Shown here: positions 13,132-26,524 of the stretch, one piece after another
Layout of the letters: the number at the start of each line of letters is the position of its first letter
Position numbering within the stretch: the first letter of the stretch is position 1
Origin: Rhizophagus irregularis
Taxonomy: Eukaryota
Assembly (NCBI RefSeq): GCF_026210795.1
Contig: NC_089429.1
Coordinates: forward strand, 7,874,001 to 7,938,000
Direction: 5' to 3'
DNA length: 64,000 bases
The notes under the pieces: generated by a model
The model's input: the letters and a program-made list of their open reading frames with translations, nothing else
Told to the model about the DNA's origin: nothing
Databases searched by the model: none
Translations under genes and position numbers: made by a program

Positions 13132-13716
13132 TTTTTCAATTTCAGTGTCATTAATTGTAGAGTTACTAACTTTTTGACTATTATATAAATGCATCGAATT
13201 AGGAACTGTGACCATAAAACGTATATTATCTATTCATGTACTAGGAGCATGAATTTTATGTAAATTTACACAACATAGAATTTGTTCGTAAAAATCAATT
13301 GATAAGGGGGTCACAACTCCTCTCGTAGTATTTTTTTAAAACTTTTCTTGCATAAACTTTTTCATTAATGTTAACCAATCGAAATAATAAGGTAATCTAC
13401 GTACTCCACCAGAGGATACAGAGGATATTGGTTGTATTGATATCAATTCGTATATGTTAAATTAATTATTTGTTTATTTCTTCATTTGTTTTCTATCATC
13501 ATCGATATTCATCGCATCAACATTCTTGTCGTTGGAAAAAACATTCGAAATATTAAGCTTCAATTACACAATCTGCTTCTCAATACTTACTCTTTTATAT
13601 ATTAAAAAATAAAAAAACATCGAATTAGATAATATAAACTTTTAATAAAAATTAGAAAATTGGTACAAGTAATGGTTATCAATCATTTAACTCCAGATTG
13701 TAAATTACGGTACGAT

Positions 13717-13834
13717 GGGAGTGAACGTCTGTACGATATTAACGTACGAACTGGCCCGAGTTTAGGATTTATGCACTTGCACGTGATAGCATTAACGTTA
13801 ATTCCGGCCAGTTCGTACGTTAATATCGTACCCC
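13717..13834. mobile_element. Hairpin MITE (~118 bp)
   Basis: Perfect 26-bp inverted arms GTACGATATTAACGTACGAACTGGCC (13731-13756) and GGCCAGTTCGTACGTTAATATCGTAC (13806-13831). A second copy lies in opposite orientation at 18023-18148. Confidence 0.85.
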
Positions 13835-15176
13835 ATTCAACATACATTTTTTGATAACGTTATCGATCATTTATCTAAATGTGTAAGATTAATGAAATGT
13901 GTGACAGATTACGCCGATTATACTGCTTAAAGTTTGTGGCGCATTTTTACAAAATGTCATGACATCATTAGCGGCAGATTAGTAAATTTGCAGATATGCG
14001 TAAGTTTGTTATTGCTAAGAAAACTAAGAAAATTGTCTGCGCAAACACAAATGCATACATAATTGACTACCAATAAGGAGATTAATTTATTGGTTTATAG
14101 GTTGATTTTGTAATAAAGGTTTATTTGGAAATTGGGGTCTGGTTATAATTGGTTCACATTGACTAATTTTAGTATATTTATTATTAAATATATTTCTAAA
14201 ATTGGCTGATTTCTTTATTTCTTTATTTACAAGTTATTTAGGCATATTTATAATAAGTTAAAAGAAATGCAAACGCGTAAATGCGTATTATTTGCTTTTT
14301 CTTTTTTTAAAAAAGTTTGAACTATTTTTCGAGTTAACCCTTTTTTATTGTTATCTTTTTTTTTTATATTTTTTGATAACTTCATATAGTAAGCGTACCA
14401 TTTCGCAAATAGAAATTGAAGTACAAAAAATGCTGTATGGATCTGCATACTATAGATTAAAATCACACCATGCCATGCCATGCAAGTTTAAATAATACCT
14501 AAAATTTGCCACTAAAAGTTACTATAAATTATTAGATCGTCGTAAAAAGATTTGTTCTTATTCTCTTTTAATACAGTAGTTAAAGTAAAGAAGGTACTAT
14601 AACATACTGTACAACTAAATAATACATGTATGCTAAGGGATTCAAAAAGATAATAATGTTTAATAATATTTCCCACGAACATTCTATGAACTATTTGAAT
14701 CAAATGATGGCAAGATTCAAAAATTAATTATAAATTTCAAAACAAGTGGACGTTATTTTTTTATTATTATTTCAAAAAGCCATATTTTACTTGTATTTCC
14801 TTAAATAACTACATTTTTTAACGATTTAACTATTAAAGAAGAACTACGTTGACGATTATAGAAATAAACTTTTACGATATTATTTGATAAATATGTATTA
14901 AAAATAACATTGTAGAACAATTACGTCATTCACATATTTACGTGTAAAAAAAAGAATAATTATGCATAGAACATATTAACATCTTTATGTGTAAAAATTA
15001 TTAAACCTTGAAAGATTTTTATTAATAAATTAACTGTAGGGTAATTTCGTTTACTTGAAAACAAAAGAAAAAATCTTTAATAAAATAATTCTGATGACAA
15101 CATAATAATACATAGATGATACATACTTCAGTTATTATGCGAGAAGGATGAGTTTAAGTGATGGATAAGCTTAAGT

Positions 15177-15292
15177 GACGGACGAGTTTAAATGACGGAC
15201 GAGTTTAAATGACGGACGAGTTTAAATGACGGACGAGTTTAAATGACGGACGAGTTTAAATGACGGACGAGTTTAAATGACGGACGAGTTTA
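15177..15292 (+). repeat. 17-bp minisatellite GACGGACGAGTTTAAAT, about 7 copies
   Basis: Six perfect units and one partial unit read directly. Confidence 0.95.
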
Positions 15293-16725
15293 CAATAAAT
15301 AAATGAATGAATAGTTTACATAACGGATGAATTTAAATGACGGATAAGCTTATAATGACTTAAATGATGAATGATGGGGGAGTTTATAAAAAATAAGTTG
15401 GGAGAGAGACAGTTTATATAACAAAACGAACAATACGTTTATTTATCGTTTCGGATCCGTACGGGAGATCAATACAACCCAAAAATCAACGAACATCAAT
15501 TAAAACACAGAAAGCATGCTCCACCAAAACACAAAAGGAAACGCTATAGAAATAAAGTATTTTTACACGCTTTTTGACATATTCGTTTGAAATTATGACA
15601 TAATACCACAAATCACATTAATTCTTGAATCATCAGGATTTTAATGGCGCGAACAGATATATTCATGACATGAAGTTTGGCTTAATGAAGCAGTTGGGAT
15701 AAATAAATATTGTGATTATCGGAATTACAGTTCGAGAAGCGCGAGTTTAATATTAGCCATGGGATTATAGTTTATTTTTATTACTTGATTTTAGCAATGT
15801 TTAACCGTATCCACAAATTTATGTGTCGATCCAAGATTGAAACTCACGATTAGATAATATGTTTGTATATAAGTCATGAGTTTATATAAAGTTGCACCGA
15901 TTACGCCAATGAACAATATTTTACGTTACAAATATTCATAATAGAAAAAGATTGTATATTTTCTGTATGTATTTTATTTCTCACATTCATGGAATTGGGC
16001 ACATTACATCTAAAATAATAATAAACTTAAATTTCAAAACGAGTTTTTGTTTTTTTTTTATTCTTCTTGAATAATTTAAAAGAATTTTCAGCCTTTTCTT
16101 TTGATTCCTGTTGATGTAACAAATTATTTTTCCATCGCAACCTTTTTGTATTACATAATTCAAATTAAAATTCAGAATAAAGCAAACAAGTTGTTTTATC
16201 AACCCTTTTCTTCGTGATGATAAACAAAAAAAAAGATAAACTAGAATGATAAGAAAACGATGATGCTTCGAATTGTTTATATTTATTATCATAGGATACT
16301 CGACAGGGACCCGAAACAGGTCAGGTATAATCTATTGATTTTATTCAAATTTTATACCGCGTGGGGAAATCCAAGGTTTTACACATCCCAACAAAAATAA
16401 ATATAATTTGAATAAACGAAAATTTAGTAAGTCAGCATCCCAAAAAATAAGCTATAAAATCAATTTTAGAGAATGCACATACAAATAAAATGAAATACAG
16501 TTAGTTTAATCAAGCTATACTCAACTCTATATAGACTATATTGTAAAAGGAATTACCGGTCACATACCCCTTTATTAGAATGGTCCGTCTCTTTAGTCAC
16601 ACCATATAGTATTTTTATAAATCACACCATTTTCTGAGGGTCGACTTGTATTATAAAATCAATATCTGCAAAATATTTATTTCAAACAAAAAAAAATTTT
16701 TAAAATGTATTTATTAAATTACCAA

Positions 16726-17362
16726 GGGGTTTACCGCAAAATCCCGACAACCATAAATATCGAAAGTCTATGGCTTTATATTAATGCAAATAAATAAATA
16801 ATTATATATATATATATATATTTTAAATTTTTAATAATAAAACTGCAAAATCTATAAATATTGTGCCTTTTACAATTACAATAATTACGGGATCTCCCAA
16901 AAATCCTGACAACCATAATATCGACAGAAACCAAAATCTCGATAAATGCAATCTAAATCTTGACAGCCAAAATCCTGACTGGGATGAGTATGAGATTAGT
17001 TAATTTTTTAGTGCAAGTGTTTCTAATCTCAGAAGATTAGTAATCTAGTAATATACTGTACATAGTCCTTTTAGTTAAAATAATAAAAAAATTTTTCCTT
17101 TTAATTTCATTAATAATTTAGTAACGTTAGTTAATTTTCATTAATATTAATAAAATTTGCAAACAATTTGCATGGTATAAAATTTACAAATATTTTGCGT
17201 TAATACTAATCAAATAATTCAAATTATATTTTAATTAGCCGGGATAAATTAAGACCCGATACTGCGCCTCTGTATTTTTAAAATTAGATTTATAAAATTT
17301 ATAAAAAAACTTTGGCGTCAAGAATTTTAACTATCGACTATCGGGATTTTGGTGTCAGGGAT
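16726..17362. mobile_element. Degenerate non-autonomous TIR element with AAAATCCCGACA-type subterminal motifs
   Basis: AAAATCC(C/T)GACA motifs at 16738-16990 and inverted (TCGGGATTTT, TGTCAGGGATT) at 17341-17363. Segment 17061-17350 is the reverse complement of ~2993-3294. Confidence 0.55.
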
Positions 17363-17872
17363 TGCAAAGTATTATCAATTAAAACCTTTAATGTAAAAAA
17401 AAATGTACGTGCTTACGAGAAATATTGAAGAAATATATAACACGAAAAATTAAACAACGGATCAAATTTGACTACTGTAGTCCAGGATAAGCATCTGGTC
17501 CAGCAGTCCAGGTTAAGAAGACCCTAGACAAACTATAACTAATAAAATCAACAATATAACTAATAACAACTTAAAAAGATAGCCGAGACCAAACTTTTGT
17601 AGGTGACACTAAGAAAAAAGCAAACATAATCAGTAATCTTTCTCCAGCACTATGCATTGATACTGAGAAAAAAAAAACAAATCATAATATGTCAGACCCC
17701 AAGAACACTTAATTCAGATGCGTACATTCTCAATGAGATATCAAAGCGGCGATAGAGACGCTAAAAGCATGATAGAGGCTTAATACAAGAGACTATACCG
17801 ACAGGTTTATTGCCTGTGTACTTTGTGTGTCAGAAAAAAATCAAGAGTTAGCTTCATCCAACAATCCATTAT

Positions 17873-18007
17873 CCGTACCATTCCGAAATTAAACAACCCC
17901 CGAAAATAAGCAACCCGGCCCGCATTATAGAGAATTTGACTAGAATTATGATTACTATGGCCGGAATTAAGTTCAAAAAATGGTTGTTTAATTTCGGAAT
18001 GGTACAG
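17873..18007. mobile_element. Tc1/mariner-type MITE (paralog of 4992-5131)
   Basis: 26-bp TIR C(C/T)GTACCATTCCGAAATTAAACAACC at both ends; TA follows the right end. Confidence 0.85.
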
Positions 18008-18022
18008 TATATAGGACAGTGA

Positions 18023-18148
18023 GGGTGTACGATATTAACGTACAAACTGGCTGGAATTAACATTAACGCTATCACGGGCAAGTGTATAGTAACTCCTAAA
18101 CTCGGGTTAGTTTGTACGTTAAAATTGTACAACGTTAAGGACGCCCCC
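18023..18148. mobile_element. Hairpin MITE, inverted copy of 13717-13834
   Basis: GTACGATATTAACGTACAAACTGGC...TTAACGCTATCACGGGCAAGTG...CCTAAACTCGGG is the reverse complement of the 13.7-kb element. Confidence 0.8.
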
Positions 18149-20811
18149 AGTATATATAGAGAGTAACTTAGATTACGAACCAGGATGGAAGTATAAACAT
18201 ACACGCTGGTCTTACATTGATCATTTATTTAAGATTAGTATTAAAATATATAATTTTACTGAACGGATGAAAAAAAGAATATATTATATATATACAGTAT
18301 ATTATCTACAGTACACCAACACAATTGAATCTCTGAATTCTTCAAATTCTTCAGCAGAATTTAATATTTTGGCAATCCTACAATGAAATATTAACGCGTT
18401 TTCCCTTGTGAATAAAATTTAGAGGATTTTATAGTTACCATACAATTTTTTTTTAGGAGAACAAAGTCAATTTTTTTAAATATTAAAAAGTTTGTTACCT
18501 TTTTTCAAAGGAGAGAAGAATAAAAAGTCAAGTACTTTAAATTCCACATTTCCAACTTTCGAAAGTGTTATTTCCAAGGATATTACCATATTTTATTTGA
18601 ATGATCGAACAAATCACGATCAAATTTTACGTATTTATGATAGATCCAATAAGCGTTTTGCAGCTAAATTTGGCTGCTATTCATGTGCCGATCTAATCTG
18701 TAATACAATGAAATTCCATGGAATCCTCTGCGGAAATCCTGAAATTCCGCGGAATTTAGAACAATAGCTATCATTAAGGGATATGGTGCCATCATATAGG
18801 TCTATCAATTTGCAGTTCTGATCAGTTGCATTTTTCGGTTTGTGTAATATATGAAATACCCGCGTGTTTCACTATTTTATTTTGTATATGTCGAATTGTC
18901 GTTAATACAGCAAAAATCACGTGACAGACCCAACAAATCCAAGATTCGTAGGTCGTAGCAAAAGGTTAAGAAATTTTAATATTATCATAAGTTTCTACCA
19001 TAAGTTTCTACCAAATTAAAAATTTTAATTCGATACATTATTTCAGGTTCGACAAAAATTTTAATTTATCAATGAATTTATTTAGCAATTGAAGACATGA
19101 TACAACTTTTAATTAAGGAGGATTTTAGGTACGAAGAAATTATTGAAACCATGAAATTTATAAATTAAAAAATTTTATCATTAGATCAATATTATAGATT
19201 AAATTACTAAGATATAGAGTCCATAGAATTTTTTTTTATACACGATATCAAAAATAGTTGTATGTTGTTTAATAATTAGTATAGTGTTTTCACTTGGGCA
19301 CTCATATTCTTTCCATGTTATCCCGTTCACGTTATTCCTCCACTCTGTTAACGATTACATTGTGTGAAACGATGCAAGTATCTTTTTTCGAATATTTGTA
19401 TTACCTAAATTTTGTATTACATAGGATAAAGAAATATATACTGCCTTGTTACGGATTTACTGTATTTGAATATTATACATGCATTTGTTAATTGTTGCCC
19501 TTCAGGTATGACATGAAGACAACGTCGTAAATCGCTTTTTGCCAACATTCTTCCTCGTGTGGAAATCTTTCTAAGACGTGTTTCTCGTTTGGGTAGACTT
19601 TTTATTAATTGTAATGCCCATAGACAGAAACATTTGCGATCAACAGCACTTTAACTGTATATGATTAATAGACAAAGTGATTACAAAAAGAAAATCAAGT
19701 TTCCGATAAAATGAACTACGCTCGGCTACACTGAAGGAAGATAAAAAGTAGTATTAATGTGTGAATCAGTCTCCTGCGGCTTCAGGTATAGTATATATTA
19801 ATAATATTAACATTTATTTTTTCGTTTTGTATGTATTTGTAATTAATGTCTATTAATCATAACACGATATTCTTATTAATAGCACAATCGATTTCATATG
19901 AAACGAAAACATCTGAAAATCTACAATGAGGAACGAGAATATATAAAGAGCGTTTGATGATTCATTGTATCCGAAAAAATGTTAAGAAATTCGTTATCCA
20001 TGTGTAGAAATAGGGGTCTAGAGAAAGCAAACGTGTGTAGAGTTAGTGAGTCATATTTTAAATTTTTTTATACACGTTTTTCATGATTCATTAATATAGT
20101 ATACAATAACAGTGCATGGGCAACAGATATTAAGAGTATGGCTGAGAAGTGAGACCGTCACCCGTATTCCACAATCATTGGTGTAATGATTCTTAACAAA
20201 GAATTGAATAAATTATTATTTGTTGCCTCATCTACTATTAACTATTAAGCTCTCACTATATTATGTCCATTACTGCATTACGCAGAGATTTATATTCATG
20301 TATTTTGCGTGTCATTCACTAGTTCTGGAGGAATTTTTTTGATAACACAAAACGAGTTAGGCGACATCATCTTTATATTTGTTTGTAGTTATTCCCGTTT
20401 CACATGAAATAAGTACATGTACTTGAATAGGGTCATACTAGGGTCATAAGGGAGTCTGGCGTTTCTTGAAGGACCTTATAAAAAATTCACATGCCTAGGG
20501 AGTGCGAGAATTTTGCAACCGAGCCTTTCTGGTATAACACATCAATCTTTCTCATGCGAAATTGTTAATCGAGTTTTCTCTTTTCCTTATAAAGAATGGA
20601 GACTCAATGGAGGTTGAGCTATGGAAAAATTAACTTATTGTCTGCAAACACTTTTGGGCATAGTCCAGCTTCCAGCAGATGTTTATCATCAAGATATGAA
20701 AAAAACTTTCCCGGACGAGCAGTACCAAGGCACACTCCAGATATGGTAAATGGGATTGTAAATTGAATTATAAATACGTGGTTATTAATTATGGGTAACC
20801 TTTACAGAATC

Positions 20812-21530
20812 ATGGAGAAAATTACGCTCACTTGTTGTCTCTATAAAAGAGCCGAGACTTGTCGTATTTGAAGTAGAGACTGCCGATAATCTTGGCTGTC
20901 TTGTAGAAAAAATTAAGCAGGTATTTTCATGTAGCGAGGCCAAAGACATAGAGCTTTGGAAGGTAGAAATTCCTGATGATCATAAGGACGAATTTTTGGA
21001 CCTCGTTTTGAACGATAATGACAAGCTCACAGAAGGGGAACTTAACCGTTACTGGACAGAGCAGCCTCCCAAAAATCATGTTCATGTCATCATAAATTCG
21101 TTTTCTTTGTTTCTAAAACTAAGGAATCAGGAATTAGAACAACATTCTAATGCACATAATGTTTAGAGGAGAAAGTAGATAGATATCTTCAGAAAGTGTG
21201 TTCTGCAGGCGTTATCAAAATAGGAGATGAGCTAAGGATAAACAAATCTTATTCAAGTATTGTAGATGGTAAAAAAGATTCGGTGCCGGTTTATATTGGA
21301 TGCAAAATAACTGAAATCATTAATGGTAAATTAACCGTGATTCTCATTGATTATGATGAGGAACAAAAAGAAATTTTTTCCTTAAATATGCTGGAAGAAT
21401 GGTTGCTTGTTAAATTCGGTCTAGATAAAGAGTATAGACCTAGGGATTGTCATGATTGTAATGAGAAAATCAAGATTAAACGTGAAGGGGAGCATTAGGG
21501 AAACTTATAAGAAAATAAAAGATAATAAAA
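20812..21530 (+). pseudogene. Crinkler (CRN)-type N-terminal domain fused to a putative RAMA-like C-terminal domain; frameshifted
   Basis: MEKITLTC/..FEVETADNLGCLVEKIKQVFSCSEAKDIELWKVEIPDD...YWTEQPPKNHVHVII carries the fungal CRN LWKV and HVHVII motifs. There is a frameshift after ~10 codons and a second frame change at ~21160 into ORF 21196-21498. Confidence 0.8.
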
Positions 21531-21899
21531 GATATTCGAAAAAATAACTAGTTAAATTGGTATAGTTCGCATATAACTCGTAGCAATCATTATTAGAGCT
21601 ACTCGGTGTATTAGTGAAACTGGCTAAAACTATTATTATTAATAAAAAAATATACGAGCACGAGAACAAAGTTCACATATGCCCAATCTGAACCGGAAAA
21701 AAATGGAATTCACGCGAAAATAATTGCAGTTATTTTATTATATATGATACTAAAAATCAAAAGTAGTCAAAATACTACAGATTACTTAATGCAAAAAAAA
21801 CATATGCAGAATTTCTTCTACACAACCTAATCTCCATTAATGAATTTTTTTGAAAAGCGTGTGAATGCAAATCAATCATTATCTCAGAAAAAGCAAACG

Positions 21900-22448
21900 T
21901 CAATTAAAGACTCGTCGTCTTTCTGAAACATCGAAAGTATTCGCTCTTCGAAATTCAACCACGTAGATTCTTCCAATAGTAGGATGATTTGTTCCTTGTG
22001 TGAAGTTACTGTAACGTTCAAATAATTGTACGACAGCGTCATCCAACGTTTGCATGCTGTTAAAGGCAATAACAGAGTTGGATTGGGGTGGATGTACCCT
22101 TGGGAATGCGATGGGTATATAATTTTGAGTACCCCTAATTACTAATCCAGAAAATAAGGTTAGAAAAAACTTTTTAAGATAGATTATATAATATTTATCG
22201 GTAATACCGTTGGCGACGTCAAGTTCCCTAAGATTTCGGGCGGCGAGGCCTGGTTGGTTATATTCGACTATCAAAAGTGGATCATTACAGAAAATTTCAT
22301 CATTATCATCTTTGTGTTTAAATTGAATTATGTCATTCCAAAGGGCGATTTGCTTCTTCGTTTCGTCAGAAACTCTGAAACCTTGTGGAAAATGCAATTT
22401 TTGATCGTAGTATTTTTCTCTAAAAAAGTACTTTGTGAGCATCGACAT
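21900..22448 (-). CDS. Hypothetical protein (~160 aa after removal of a 66-nt intron at 22142-22207)
   Basis: 182-codon ORF. An internal AT-rich segment has a GTATTA donor, CTAAC branch point and TTAG acceptor and is 66 nt long; splicing gives ..LDVANVIRGTQ.. in frame. Confidence 0.7.
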   Translation of the reverse strand: MSMLTKYFFREKYYDQKLHFPQGFRVSDETKKQIALWNDIIQFKHKDDNDEIFCNDPLLIVEYNQPGLAARNLRELDVANGITDKYYIIYLKKFFLTLFSGLVIRGTQNYIPIAFPRVHPPQSNSVIAFNSMQTLDDAVVQLFERYSNFTQGTNHPTIGRIYVVEFRRANTFDVSERRRVFN

Positions 22449-25400
22449 TTTGTCGTTTTGAAAATGAAAAATGACTGACGAATTACCTTAACCAGTTGTA
22501 ACCAAAATATACAAGCCTTAGTAAAAGTATGGTTAGCCAAATTGGGCTTAGAAAGATTCCCCAGAAGAAGTAACAAGAGTGGGGAACAGCAAAGAAGAAG
22601 AATGTAATAGTAATATGTCATTTTGGATAATGAATATGGAAAATCAAAGATCGGGAGGCTTATTTAAAAGGAAATATAGAATGAGGTGTTTGATTATCAT
22701 TGTTCTACGCTATTTTTAGCACTAATTAACACGTCCAAACGCGTCCCAACGTGTCCCAACGCGTTCCAGTGTTATTAATAATTACTGTGCACTTTGTTTT
22801 AACTATTCTTACGCCATAATTTACGCAGGCGGCTTTAGATCCAGTGGCAAGATTATTCCCTATATATATCTCAACTGCCTTGTACCTGGAGATGAGTACG
22901 ATGGCATCCTTCAAATGAAAATCTCCACCGAGGAACTCGTTAACTCGTTTAAATTCATGGTTGGAAAAAAATTGCAATTACCTTCCAATCGTTTTGCTTT
23001 AGATAAGATTATTCACTAGAACATGGGAGTTTACCAAATTATTGAAGAACTCAAAAAATCTACAAATACGATACGCACAAAGAGAATAGACCAGCTGGAA
23101 GAAATTTTTCGTTACTTTGATGGGGATGAAAATACGCATAATAGTTATCTAAATAAGACTATCCAAGTTATCATCAGATTAATGTAGTTAAGATAGCGTG
23201 TTATAATAGATTAGTTGTATGAATTTATAGAAAGTCAACAAAAAGAACAAATAGTAAAGATTACCTTAGTTAATACGATAGTCTGAATAAGAAGGGACAA
23301 TTATCTCGTTTCTGTTCTATGAAACGCTGTTCCTCATTTTTTCAGGGCAAAGCCCAAAACAGCTCAGCTAATAGCACGAGGTTGCTATCTAAAAGATGTG
23401 AAGTAGATTATAGGCACTTTGTATGACTATAGTAATGTATCCTTTATGTAAGGCATTTATCTTTATTTTTCGTTTTTTAATAAAGTTGATCTTGTGATAT
23501 TATTTATCCCACACAAATCGAAAATGATGAAAAAGCTAACTAGAAAACTTTAAATGTAATTGCGAGTCACATTATAGTATAAAGTGTCAACACTTGTGAT
23601 CGAAAAACGAAGGTGTGAAATACGAAAACGAGTATTGGAATAACAAGAATGAGAACGAGAATGTTGTCGTGATTGATGGGACAAAGACAGGAACGATAAT
23701 GAGATTCTTTTTGTAGAGAACTAGTATGAGGAGCAACGTGATCTGATTCATAGTAATCGGTGCTCCAGAAGATCATAGTCTGGATGAATCAACATATGGA
23801 CTGCTCGTATTATCAGGTATTCTCGTTTTCTGGGATCATTTACTTTATTATCTCATAATGGTGTTCACAATAATTGGAGAATTTTTGTTCGCATCAGTTC
23901 AACAGACCAGATACGTCTCGTGCAGATTGTGGGTTTCGTATGTTTTTTATTTGTGATGTCATGAGAAAAAATATTCGCAGCTAGATAAACTAATTAACAC
24001 TGGTTTGTTAAATTCCGTCCATTCCATTATAGGTAATGTGTCGCCATCACGAAGCATCTCTCTTATCAGAATGCTCTCCTTTGTGATATAATTAACAACT
24101 GATCGTTAAAATTTACTTCTCAATCAATTATCTATCTGTTCTACAAAAGACAATTTCATAAACATTTTCCGAAACCATTATGCCTCATCAACACGAGAAG
24201 AACATTGTTCCACGAGTTATCGATTTGTGATTGTTGATTATTCCACTGGGCTGATTTTAGTCTTAAAAAGAAAGATGAATGGAAACGAAACTACACATAT
24301 ACTATTGCGTGAGGTAAACATTCACTATTCTCTGTGGATACATGCAGGATTGATTTACGGTTTCGTTTAGTGTTGTTTCTCAAATGACCAAAAGAATCTA
24401 TCTGCATTATCTTATTCATATTTGTTGTTATAAGAAACCATCGGAATTATTAAACTCCCAATCATACTCTTTCCTTAGATGTTATAACATAACGCATCCT
24501 GCGCATTTTCATAACTCTTGAAGAACAGAGATGCTACATAAGCACAACATCAATGATTGGAGATGATCTGAGTGTTGGTGTTTATAATGAGAATACACTA
24601 GAGTGAGAAATAACGGGAATAGAATTTTGCTACGTATGAAAACATTACAAAGAAAAAATCAGTGCAACTGAGCGGAGCTCACTCCTTCGGAAGGGACTAG
24701 ACTGTAACACAAATATTATCATATAATAAGTTCGTAATCTAAGGTTACGGTCTCGTAGTTAGGAATTACAATATTCAAAGAATAACTAGGGATGACTCAT
24801 TTGAAACAATAACATTATCAGGCCGTGTCCTCGTGAACCATCTTCTATAACACTTGTTATGACTAGGAGCACAACTATATTCGACATGTGTTAGAAACGT
24901 TGAATGACCTTTTGAGGTTCACGTTATATAGAGTCGGAAGAGTATTTACTGCGCATTTCTGCATGGGTCCGCAGTCAATATCTGTTGTCCACTAATTTTA
25001 TCCTCCGCAGCAAATACTGGAATGTGATGTGTAAACCACATGACACTCTGACAGGTATCACATGACATCTGTCCAATAATTTTTTCTCCGCAGCGAAATA
25101 CTAGAAATGCAAATGATATTTTGAACAAACATAGATATTAATATCACTATCAAAAGCTGGTAGAGTTTCATTGGTCTGATTGTTGCCAACTAACAGTTTT
25201 CGAATTCGCATGTCTGATCGTTACCAGTGGTAATTGTTTTGATGTTCAAAGATATTGTCCACGTATATCATCAACTATTTCGTCATGAAAAATGCAATTA
25301 AAAAATAACAAGAGGGTACGCAATAGACATTATATGTGTATTATCTGGATTAAGGACATTACCATGGGCTCGTTGAATGATACATTCATTATCTAACCCG

Positions 25401-26524
25401 TTATTTCCGGCCACAACTAATAACTGAAGAATTGTTTTTGCATATAAGCCTTGTCATAGATGTTTTAACTGGTCGCTCAAAGATGGACACTAGTACCCGT
25501 TACGAGTGTACAACGGACTTTTCGAAGAAAAGGCAGTGTCAATGGGGGGACACTGTAAGGATCGGTTAGTTTCAAGGCATATCATATAAGAGCACTTATT
25601 GTCTATTAACTTTTAAAACTAGGGTTCAAACTAAAATTAACGTGGAATTCGATAGAAAATGGTAACATGTTGCTAACAGGACCTTTGTTATGCGAATGAT
25701 TAATGTAATGGGATATAACGACGTCTTTTACTGGGAGGAATACTGCGATTAAAATACCAGGGGATTTTTCTGTCAAGTAAGATACACCTTCATTTTTTTG
25801 TCACACCTATTGGGTACCTTTGGACAGGATATTTGGCTATGGACTAACGGACAACAATAACAATAACGTGTATTGTTAGTAACTTGTGTTATATCATTAC
25901 AGTGTTATGTAGTAATAGAAGGAAATAGGAATGATCGGGAGAACGTGTCAAAGAATGTGTAACTAGCTAAGGCTAAATCACATCCCGTAGTGTAGACTTT
26001 ATTACACTCAAATGATTTATTGAGTAACTGATACTATTCATCCGATACTATCCTGAAGAAACTAAATTACATTGTGGTCAACGGAAATTATTTAGTCCGC
26101 ATCTCCTATGAATTCGATTACACATTTTGTTCACAGGATTTTCATATTGTACAGGATTACGGCTGTGTTTAAGAAATATTTGATGGGGTTGTTGAACTAA
26201 GAAAAAAATAAGCGATAAGTGGTCTACTTTTCACGATGGACACATATTATTAACCAGAACGACAAATATAATGATTTGTCCAACTTCATCGAGATTACTA
26301 GTACAAAGTTTGTGCGCTTAGGAGTTAAGAATTTCAGTATCCTGAACCGGATATTGCAGCTGTATATCCACTAACAAATAACCTTCTATATAATTTGTTT
26401 ATATCGGAACCTCCTAAGAAGAAAATGTATAGATATGTTCTACGGTGATGCAAAAATTTCTTTGTTTATTGTACAATATGATTCCGATGTTTTTTTGAAT
26501 CACTGTTATATATGGAAAGGCTAA

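Noticed and set aside
26220..26517. Continuation of AGO-like relic C' into the 7.3-kb block
   Set aside because: Only a vague RNFCITVEHI resemblance. No further AGO motifs follow, and the opposite strand looks more coding-like.
19209..26517. Starship/Crypton or Helitron identity for the 7.3-kb block
   Set aside because: No tyrosine recombinase or Rep/Hel motif recognised, and no TC...CTRR ends, TIR or TSD visible.
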